IMG/VR virus record: IMGVR_UViG_3300035138_000032
Coordinates: 1 to 64,000 of that record
Origin: a virus
Strand: one strand, 5' to 3'
Length of the DNA stretch: 64,000 nucleotides
Shown: piece by piece, positions 8,790 through 15,435 of the stretch
Layout of the letters: every line of letters begins with the position of its first letter
Position numbering within the stretch: the stretch's first letter is position 1
The notes under the pieces: generated by a model
Database searches by the model: none
What the model was told of the DNA's origin: nothing
The model's input: only the letters and a program-made list of their open reading frames with translations
Translations under genes and position numbers: made by a program

Positions 8790-9383
8790 CTACTGACAGT
8801 TCGCGCCTCTTTGGTGGGAACGCTTTGTAGCGCACAGCGCCTGGCAGGCGTGTGCCCTGTTTTTATGACCCCCAAAGGCTTCCCCGCAGTACTGGCACTG
8901 CCACCCAATCGGCGTCCACTTTATATTGGACGTCTCTGCTACGTCCTTCATCAGCTCTTGCAGCTTCTGAAAGTAAAGGTCTTTCACTACGAACATAATT
9001 CTTCGTAGCAATTTCTTTAATAGGTCATGCTGCGGCCATCGATCGTTATAATCCAGGTAGCCAGCGGCCAATGCCGCATACCTGGCTATTTTGACTTCTG
9101 GTGCCGAATACTTTATTCCTTCCTGGCTATACGAACGGCCCTTCTTTTTCCAATATTTTTGTGGCCATCTTTCATCACACACCACAAACCCCGCAGCAAA
9201 CCCGGCCACCTCCAGTGCCTCCTTGTTGACACCCGCAAACTTCCTTGCTACCCTCACAGCCCATTCCACTTGTTGGGCTGGGCTTAAAAGTAACAGTTTG
9301 GCGGACATGAGATCTTCCATTGTACCATAATTGATATCTTGTAATTTTTCCACGCAGTCTATGTGTGGGTTTAAATTTTTCAT
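8790..9383 (-). CDS. Hypothetical protein with a C-terminal Cys/His zinc finger
   Basis: WQCQYCG...HACQALC. Confidence 0.7.
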   Translation of the reverse strand: MKNLNPHIDCVEKLQDINYGTMEDLMSAKLLLLSPAQQVEWAVRVARKFAGVNKEALEVAGFAAGFVVCDERWPQKYWKKKGRSYSQEGIKYSAPEVKIARYAALAAGYLDYNDRWPQHDLLKKLLRRIMFVVKDLYFQKLQELMKDVAETSNIKWTPIGWQCQYCGEAFGGHKNRAHACQALCATKRSHQRGANCQ

Positions 9384-9429
9384 GATTTAATCCTTCCTGC
9401 CCCGGTTTCCCGGGGCGGTTATGATTGTG

Positions 9430-10239
9430 TTATACCACACAGCCAGTGGCTAGTTTCTTTCTCATAATCCCGTGATAACTTGGGATGCTCCCGAGCCAGA
9501 GTTCGACATGTTTTTTATCAGTGACCCTATCACGCATGGCTTTCCTATCACCGATGTTCATGGCCCACCAAAAAGCCCATTCTGATTCGGTGACTTTATT
9601 TCGCATGATTTTCCTATCACCAATATCCCTGGCCCAGCGATAAGCCCAATACGATTCAGTGACCCGATCGCGCATGATCTCTTTGTCACCAATATTCTTG
9701 GCCCATTTATAAGCCCACTCTGACTCGGTGACCCGATCACGCATGACTTCTTTATCACCAATATCCCTGGCCCATCGATAAGCCCATCCTGACTCGGTGA
9801 CCCGATCACGCATGACTTTTCTATCACCAATATTCTTGGCCCATTTATAAGCCCACTCTGACTCGGTGACCCGATCACGCATGACTTCTTTATCACCAAT
9901 ATCCCTGGCCCATCGATAAGCCCATCCTGACTCGGTGATCCGATCTCTCATGATTTTCCTATCACCAATCCACCTGGCCCAGCGATAAGCCCATTCTGAT
10001 TCAGTGACTCTATCACGCATGACTCCCTTATCACCAATAAGCCTGGCCCAATAATAAGCCCATTCTGAGGGAATTTCGATATTCTTGATCACTTCAAGAA
10101 CAATTTCCCGGAACGGTTTCAGTTTTTCCAGGATAGCACCGAAACACTCATCTTCATCTTCAAATACTTTTACCACATCACTCGGCAGTTTGCCGGAAAA
10201 TAGTTCTTTTGCAAATTTTCTTTGTTCTTTGTAATTCAT
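9430..10239 (-). CDS. Trp-rich 23-aa tandem-repeat protein B (8 repeats), paralog of A
   Basis: Same N-terminus (MNYKEQRK), same RBS context and same repeat unit as 6098..6862. Confidence 0.9.
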   Translation of the reverse strand: MNYKEQRKFAKELFSGKLPSDVVKVFEDEDECFGAILEKLKPFREIVLEVIKNIEIPSEWAYYWARLIGDKGVMRDRVTESEWAYRWARWIGDRKIMRDRITESGWAYRWARDIGDKEVMRDRVTESEWAYKWAKNIGDRKVMRDRVTESGWAYRWARDIGDKEVMRDRVTESEWAYKWAKNIGDKEIMRDRVTESYWAYRWARDIGDRKIMRNKVTESEWAFWWAMNIGDRKAMRDRVTDKKHVELWLGSIPSYHGIMRKKLATGCVV

Positions 10240-10257
10240 TGAAACCTCCTTGTCTCA

Positions 10258-10298
10258 TGTTATGCCACAAGTTTAACCTCAGCCAGTGGCATCCGAGG
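10258..10298 (-). ncRNA. Pseudoknot-like motif P
   Basis: 41 nt identical to 13655..13695; stems CCUCGG/CUGAGG and AUGCCAC/GUGGCAU. Confidence 0.65.
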
Positions 10299-10307
10299 AG
10301 TTGGTTA

Positions 10308-10556
10308 TCATTTAATGGTGCAGATGAGTCCATCCGGAAATGTGTTGTGGAAATCAGTGTTTAACTTCGCACCGATGGTATTGCCACTCTTCATGATTCG
10401 TGATTTCATGTGTATGGGCAAGTCGACAAAGTCAAGCCGAACCTCTGTGTAGCTAGATGGTTCTATCCTGTCCGGTTTCGATAAAAGTTTCAATAAAGCA
10501 TCAATTTTCTTGTTGGCTTCCACCAACATAATCTCCATTGGTGTTAATCTTGACAT
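10308..10556 (-). CDS. Hypothetical protein
   Basis: 82 aa with AAGGGG RBS. Confidence 0.65.
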   Translation of the reverse strand: MSRLTPMEIMLVEANKKIDALLKLLSKPDRIEPSSYTEVRLDFVDLPIHMKSRIMKSGNTIGAKLNTDFHNTFPDGLICTIK

Positions 10557-10578
10557 AATAATCCCCTTTCTTCAAAAA

Positions 10579-10610
10579 GCAGTTAAAGAGAAACGATGGA
10601 GCTCTGATCT
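10579..10610 (-). ncRNA. Motif Q copy 5
   Basis: GCAGT-taaag-AGAAAC-9 nt-CTGATCT. Confidence 0.5.
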
Positions 10611-10626
10611 GTTCGTTTGTATTAAT

Positions 10627-10863
10627 TTACTGACACTGGGCTGCTTCTTCTGGGAATAATCCATTCTCATCCAATTCCTCCCCGCATTCATCACAGAATA
10701 ACTCATTAGGATTTACTGCGCGTTTAGGTCTGGTTCCAGAAGCCGTATGTTCGTCAGATTGGTTATATGATACAACCTGTCTTCCACAACATGGACAATA
10801 TTTTTTAATAAGATTACCTCCTCTCATATTGAATTTAGATCCTCCATTAGTAAACGGTCGCAT
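10627..10863 (-). CDS. Small zinc-ribbon protein (start uncertain)
   Basis: CPCCG...CDECG. Confidence 0.65.
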   Translation of the reverse strand: MRPFTNGGSKFNMRGGNLIKKYCPCCGRQVVSYNQSDEHTASGTRPKRAVNPNELFCDECGEELDENGLFPEEAAQCQ

Positions 10864-11249
10864 TCATGATGAGGGCCTACCATATCAGCCCCAAACCATT
10901 CCCTTGCCCTATTGGTATCTGGAATGACCATCTCACCGCACCATATACACTTGCCAGTTGGAAAATCCTCCTCTTCGAGGGGATCGTTGGGATAACAAAA
11001 CCCATTATCGTATTGGTGAGCTGTAGGGTCCACTACAAGATTATCTTCGGTGAAGCACCAACAATGCCCCTCAAATAGGTCTTGGATTCCAACCAGTCGA
11101 AGTTCCGGAAACCTCTCTACCATCTTTTTGGAGTAATGCACACATGAACCTATCACTTTTTTACCGTCGGCCGGAACATTACTGTTAATCCAATCTTGGT
11201 ACATCACCGCTTTGTTTGGGTCGATGCGTGAATCTACATAACCTATCAT
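10824..11249 (-). CDS. Putative transglutaminase/papain-like Cys-His-Asp protein
   Basis: GSCVHYS...GHCWC...VVDPTAHQY spacing; AAGGAGG RBS before the ATG at 11249. Confidence 0.5.
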   Translation of the reverse strand: MIGYVDSRIDPNKAVMYQDWINSNVPADGKKVIGSCVHYSKKMVERFPELRLVGIQDLFEGHCWCFTEDNLVVDPTAHQYDNGFCYPNDPLEEEDFPTGKCIWCGEMVIPDTNRAREWFGADMVGPHHECDRLLMEDLNSI

Positions 11250-11472
11250 AATACCTCCTTTCTTTATGTTGTCTATGTATTTAATCAACCATTCGGAAGA
11301 CGGATATACTCCGCCTTCCTATGTGATTAATTAAAAGCTGAGAAGCTGAATTTTTTAATCCTGGAATCTTCTGGTTTGCCCAAGGTGCTTGTAGGGCGGT
11401 CGTCATTCCAATAATGGACCAGTGACAATGATTCTCTTTCAGGATCGGGGGGCCTAGTGAGGTCTGAAACAC

Positions 11473-12018
11473 CTATGCACCAGGAATATCAGTATACACA
11501 TCCACGGGCGGAAGATCATAGTCCGGAGGCTCACTGGGATTCGCATATTGCTGTTGTACCCCATACGGAAGTGGTACATGGCTACTCTGTGCCCCTTGCG
11601 TATATGCCCTGGGGTCTCCGTATGCATTCTCCGTGGGTCTCTTGTCAAGATAATTGATGAACGCGGCCTGTATCTCATGGGCGTATCTCTTGGCCATGAC
11701 GGGCTGATTATTGGCGTAGCAGATGACATTCCCATTCGCATCCTTGACCGCTCCCAAGAATTCCCTGGTTTCATATCGCCCCCTCACGAGCACATGACTG
11801 CCCTTGTGAAGGTACTTGGCGGCATTCTCCGCGTCGGCATTCCAACATACCACTGTATGTCGGTCAACCTTCTCACGAGGTTGTCCGGTGGTCTTGTCTT
11901 TCCATCTCCTGTTCGTATAAACCCTGAGGTTGCAAACGGGAATGTTGTTTTTGGTGTATCTTAATTCCGGGTCTGCGGCCAGATGTCCAACAACCAAAGC
12001 TTCGTTAATGTCTGACAT
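11473..12018 (-). CDS. ssb: Single-stranded DNA-binding protein
   Basis: NEALVVGHLAADPELRYT, HTVVCW, AKYLHKGSHVLVRGR; acidic Pro-rich tail. Confidence 0.92.
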   Translation of the reverse strand: MSDINEALVVGHLAADPELRYTKNNIPVCNLRVYTNRRWKDKTTGQPREKVDRHTVVCWNADAENAAKYLHKGSHVLVRGRYETREFLGAVKDANGNVICYANNQPVMAKRYAHEIQAAFINYLDKRPTENAYGDPRAYTQGAQSSHVPLPYGVQQQYANPSEPPDYDLPPVDVYTDIPGA

Positions 12019-12092
12019 AGTAATGTCCTTTCTGCCCGGCTTGGGCATAACAATGACCGATTCAGCGTTCCCCTTGATCGGCGTATATTGGT

Positions 12093-12407
12093 TTAGAAAT
12101 TCTTAAATGTACCGTTTACCTCTACCCACCCTGGCGACATATACCTGTAGCCACATTTGACACAGACGTGAATCTTGTGGCGTAAGTCGGGTTTTCGAAT
12201 AAATTTGATCATATGCCCATCTCCGCAGGCGGGGCAGGTAAATTCCATTATCATCCTTTTACCAGGCACCAGAAATGGCGCACAGCCAAATTTCTTCGCG
12301 CGCTGAACAATGTCGTACACGCTGGGCTTACCATTGGGGTATATCCCGAGCAGATACGGATTCTCCATGACGTTCTTTTTTACACTGGTTTTGTTGTTTG
12401 AATGCAT
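12093..12407 (-). CDS. Zinc-ribbon protein
   Basis: CPACG...CVKCG; AGGAGG RBS. Confidence 0.7.
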   Translation of the reverse strand: MHSNNKTSVKKNVMENPYLLGIYPNGKPSVYDIVQRAKKFGCAPFLVPGKRMIMEFTCPACGDGHMIKFIRKPDLRHKIHVCVKCGYRYMSPGWVEVNGTFKNF

Positions 12408-12469
12408 AAACCCTCCTTTTCTGTATGTGCTACCAAGGTTAACTTTTTAACCTAAGCAGCGGTTCATTT

Positions 12470-12754
12470 TTATACATGTATGTCTATCAGGTTTCCATTT
12501 GGTGAATTTCTGGAATGTATAACGTTTATAGCAAACACATTCTTTCCAGCGGAGTTTTTACCATCAGCCACTCTTCCAGAAGCCTCAATATAATCGTTTT
12601 CCTTGAATAGCTTCCGGAATATGTTTACCACTGCTTCACCAATAATGACGGCAGGGATAATATACACCCTACTTTCAATAATCACTTCACACATTGATTC
12701 TGATACTACATCAATGCTTGTAACGTAGCCGCAAATTCTAACCCTTTCATACAC
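12470..12754 (-). CDS. Small OB-fold-like protein
   Basis: GTG start with AGGAGG; VRICGYV...LFKENDYIEASGRV pattern. Confidence 0.5.
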   Translation of the reverse strand: MYERVRICGYVTSIDVVSESMCEVIIESRVYIIPAVIIGEAVVNIFRKLFKENDYIEASGRVADGKNSAGKNVFAINVIHSRNSPNGNLIDIHV

Positions 12755-12983
12755 GATAACCTCCTTTCGGGATGTTCCTGAGCCCTTGATCACTAAGATT
12801 CATGAACCACCAATAAGGCCACATCGATTCAGTAACTCGATCATGCATAATTTCTTTATTATCACCGATGCGCGATACCCAGTAATAAGCCCATTCTGTT
12901 TCAGTGGTTCTGTACTTTAAAGGTCTTTTCACCGGAGCCCTGTTAAACACCCTACCAAATAACTTTTTTACAAAATTAATCAT
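12747..12983 (-). CDS. Short remnant or third member of the Trp-rich repeat family
   Basis: TETEWAYYWVSRIGDNKEIMHDRVTESMWPYWW, about 1.5 repeats. Confidence 0.7.
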   Translation of the reverse strand: MINFVKKLFGRVFNRAPVKRPLKYRTTETEWAYYWVSRIGDNKEIMHDRVTESMWPYWWFMNLSDQGLRNIPKGGYRV

Positions 12984-13022
12984 AATACCCTCCTTGTATT
13001 TGGTTGTTATTAGTATAATTCC

Positions 13023-13056
13023 AAAAAAACGGGGTAGAAGCAAAAGCTCCTACCCC
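13023..13056 (-). terminator. GGGGTAG-family intrinsic terminator, copy 1
   Basis: GGGGTAG...CTACCCC stem followed by G-T7 on the minus strand. Confidence 0.8.
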
Positions 13057-13178
13057 ATAATACTAAAAACTCCACACACGAGCACCGTTTTTTGCCCACG
13101 TGAAAAGAAGCAAACCGAGCCACTAAACAAGGCCCGCCGCCTTGAGAGCGCTGGCTAACCCGCTCTCAAGTTTTGGAG

Positions 13179-13415
13179 TTACTTTCTGTAATATCTTGAG
13201 TAATTGGGTCTGTAAACCCACCTACCATTCCGGAAGTCGAGGATGCCGAGATTGTAAATCATGATCTCCTCTTCCTCGGTGAGTTTACGGCCGGGGCAAT
13301 GTGTGGTTAGCGTTCCTTCAAATCCATTACACACTGTGCAATATCCCAAACCACCATCACAGAATCGGCAATACGGCTTGCCGCATTTACATTCGAAGTA
13401 TGAGTGTTCAGCCAT
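13179..13415 (-). CDS. Cys-rich small protein
   Basis: CKCGKPYCRFCDGGLGYCTVCNGFEGTLTTHCPG. Confidence 0.75.
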   Translation of the reverse strand: MAEHSYFECKCGKPYCRFCDGGLGYCTVCNGFEGTLTTHCPGRKLTEEEEIMIYNLGILDFRNGRWVYRPNYSRYYRK

Positions 13416-13417
13416 TG

Positions 13418-13597
13418 TCAACCTCCTTTCCTGTTACAAGCAGCCTCATGTTCAGTGAGGCGGTCATAGTAGAATTGGGCTTTAGCCCAAAACCTCTTGG
13501 AGCCCTCCATATTGCCGTCGGTTTCGGCAGTCTGGGCAGCCTCCATGAATCTATAGCACATACTTTCAAGCCTGTGCTTTTCTTTTAGATGATTCAT
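13418..13597 (-). CDS. Hypothetical protein
   Basis: Short ORF with GAGG RBS after a GC-rich hairpin. Confidence 0.55.
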   Translation of the reverse strand: MNHLKEKHRLESMCYRFMEAAQTAETDGNMEGSKRFWAKAQFYYDRLTEHEAACNRKGG

Positions 13598-13654
13598 AGC
13601 CAATATCCTCTCTGCCCCGGGTAACCGGACTGCGCCCCGGGGCGGTTGTGATTG

Positions 13655-13695
13655 TGTTATGCCACAAGTTTAACCTCAGCCAGTGGCATCCGAGG
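13655..13695 (-). ncRNA. Pseudoknot-like motif P
   Basis: 41 nt identical to 10258..10298. Confidence 0.65.
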
Positions 13696-13705
13696 TAGTG
13701 CTTTA

Positions 13706-13918
13706 TTAGTTTTCTACCATCCAGGCAGCCATCTCGTCGATGACGTGCTGGGGGGCATTGGTGTAATCCGCCAGAAAGCACGGAATACACAGAACGGGCC
13801 CCTTCTCATAACGACGAAGGTGCTTATTCTTGGTACTTTCGCCGCAGTGCTCGCAACGGCCCGGGCCATCCTCACCGATGCTGTAGTTCTTGTATTGAAG
13901 CTGTTCTAATGTACTCAT
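13706..13918 (-). CDS. Small zinc-finger protein
   Basis: CEHCG...CIPC; AAGGAGG RBS. Confidence 0.7.
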   Translation of the reverse strand: MSTLEQLQYKNYSIGEDGPGRCEHCGESTKNKHLRRYEKGPVLCIPCFLADYTNAPQHVIDEMAAWMVEN

Positions 13919-13962
13919 AATACCACCCTCCTTTACTGTATTAGTTTGTAAGTTATACTATC

Positions 13963-14003
13963 AAAAAAACGGGGTAGAAGTACATAATACGTACCTCTAC
14001 CCC
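13963..14003 (-). terminator. GGGGTAG-family terminator, copy 2
   Basis: Same outer stem and T7 tail as copy 1. Confidence 0.8.
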
Positions 14004-14009
14004 TCCGGG

Positions 14010-14135
14010 TTAGATGATGCGGAACTTCTTTCTATACTCTTCTCTTTCCTTCTTGGCCTCTTCGGCCTCTTTCCTAACCCGAGCATGGGAATCCAACTTT
14101 CTGTTTTCTTCTTCTTTTCTCTTTAATCTAATCAT
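14010..14135 (-). CDS. Small charged peptide, 41 aa; absent from the ORF track
   Basis: MIRLKRKEEENRK...; AAGGAG RBS; lies between two terminators. Confidence 0.55.
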   Translation of the reverse strand: MIRLKRKEEENRKLDSHARVRKEAEEAKKEREEYRKKFRII

Positions 14136-14180
14136 GATTTACTCCTTTCTTATTTTGGGTTATTGTGTTATGTTCATATC

Positions 14181-14215
14181 AAAAAAACGGGGTAGAGACA
14201 CAGAGTCCCTACCCC
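14181..14215 (-). terminator. GGGGTAG-family terminator, copy 3
   Basis: Same outer stem and T7 tail as copy 1. Confidence 0.8.
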
Positions 14216-14221
14216 ACAGTC

Positions 14222-14488
14222 TTAGATTCTCCAATGTTTGATTACTTTCTTGAGAACGGCTGTCGGATTATCCGTCCCATAGACATCTACGGGGCACTCA
14301 TAATACTCACTCCAGTGCTCCCGGATTTTCGCCATCCCCAGCCGCTCCAGCAGCCGGGTTTGGTTTTTGTGTATCCGGCCGATTTTGTATACACCGGCCA
14401 CCGTCCATGACGACTCAATCTTCTGCAGTTCTTTATTAAGGGCTGCCATTTCTTCTCTAATTTTTTTGTATCTCTGCAAATTTTTCAT
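14222..14488 (-). CDS. Hypothetical protein, first gene of the leftward arm
   Basis: MKNLQRY with AAGGAG RBS. Confidence 0.65.
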   Translation of the reverse strand: MKNLQRYKKIREEMAALNKELQKIESSWTVAGVYKIGRIHKNQTRLLERLGMAKIREHWSEYYECPVDVYGTDNPTAVLKKVIKHWRI

Positions 14489-14804
14489 AATTACTCCTTT
14501 CAATACCCCGGTAGTATACCCCCGGGTCGTCAATGTGTTAGATGTCCATTAAGAACACCCCCCTGCATTATTTTACCTCTCGGCAAGGGTCGAATGAGGT
14601 CAATTTGTCATTTAACGAGTCAAATCGAGTAAAACACTCATTTACCAAAAAATCCAAGAAATGGATATAAAAACTCATAAAGGGAGGGGGGCTATAATAA
14701 CAAATACAAATACATATAACTCCTCTCATATATAGGGTCCCCCTTACAATCAATTTGGTCCCATAAAACAGTTCGACCATGATATATGTAGTAATACTAT
14801 ATAG

Positions 14805-14879
14805 TTAGTATAGAATCAATTAGTATAGAATCAATTAGTATAGAATCAATTAGTATAGAATCAGTTACCATAGAGTTAA
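14805..14879. repeat. 15-bp tandem repeat TTAGTATAGAATCAA x4 plus a degenerate copy
   Basis: Copies at 14805, 14820, 14835 and 14850. Confidence 0.95.
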
Positions 14880-14978
14880 TTAGCACAGCATAGAACTATC
14901 CATATTACCTTATATATAATTTGTCCGGGGTTCTAAAAACAAATCGACCATAATAAATTAGAATAAACAAACCTCCAT

Positions 14979-15054
14979 TTTAATAGGAACGGAGTGAATA
15001 TTAAAATGGCTTTAATAGGAACGGAGTGAATATTAAAATGGCTTTAATAGGAAC
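14979..15054. repeat. 32-bp direct repeat x2 plus a partial copy
   Basis: TTTAATAGGAACGGAGTGAATATTAAAATGGC at 14979 and 15011; partial copy at 15043. Confidence 0.95.
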
Positions 15055-15103
15055 TATGAACTACCGGATTTAATTTCGAGCTTAAAAGGAGAAGTCGACC
15101 CTT

Positions 15104-15295
15104 ATGGTTGAAGTTAATATCTCAGTGAAAGCTGAAAATGACATTGACCTACCAAATCTTCTAAATCACATCATGAGAGAGATCATTGACACAGAATACA
15201 GGCTATCAGAAATGAACTCAAAAAGAAGGGTAGACCTGAACTGGGTGTATTTAGATGAGGGTAAGTACCAGTGGGCTAAAAACTATCACAATTAA
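15104..15295 (+). CDS. Hypothetical protein
   Basis: 63 aa with AAGGAG upstream. Confidence 0.55.
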   Translation: MVEVNISVKAENDIDLPNLLNHIMREIIDTEYRLSEMNSKRRVDLNWVYLDEGKYQWAKNYHN

Positions 15296-15369
15296 TACAG
15301 ACTAAGATATTATACTAACTAAAAAACTTCCTCGTGGGGGAAGATGGGATAGAGTTTTTAAAAACATAT

Positions 15370-15397
15370 TTGACAAATCCAGAAAAATGATTATATT
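15370..15397 (+). promoter_or_regulatory. Sigma70-type promoter
   Basis: TTGACA-16 nt-TATATT. Confidence 0.75.
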
Positions 15398-15435
15398 ATA
15401 TTAGGATAAAATAACATCAAATAAAGGATACCAAA

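Noticed and set aside
6098-10239. Diversity-generating retroelement target/template pair
   Set aside because: No reverse transcriptase is in the window, both copies are intact genes, and the differences include synonymous changes that are not adenine-specific.
5741-10610. Hammerhead ribozymes (GAAAC and CTGAT on the plus strand)
   Set aside because: The core reads CYGAUCU rather than CUGANGA, stems I and III are missing, and this orientation is antisense to the genes.
8250-13695. Motif P as a sigma54 promoter
   Set aside because: It lacks correct GG-N10-GC spacing, and compensatory changes favour an RNA structure.
14979-15054. Mini-CRISPR (32-bp period)
   Set aside because: The copies are contiguous duplicates with identical intervening sequence, not distinct spacers.
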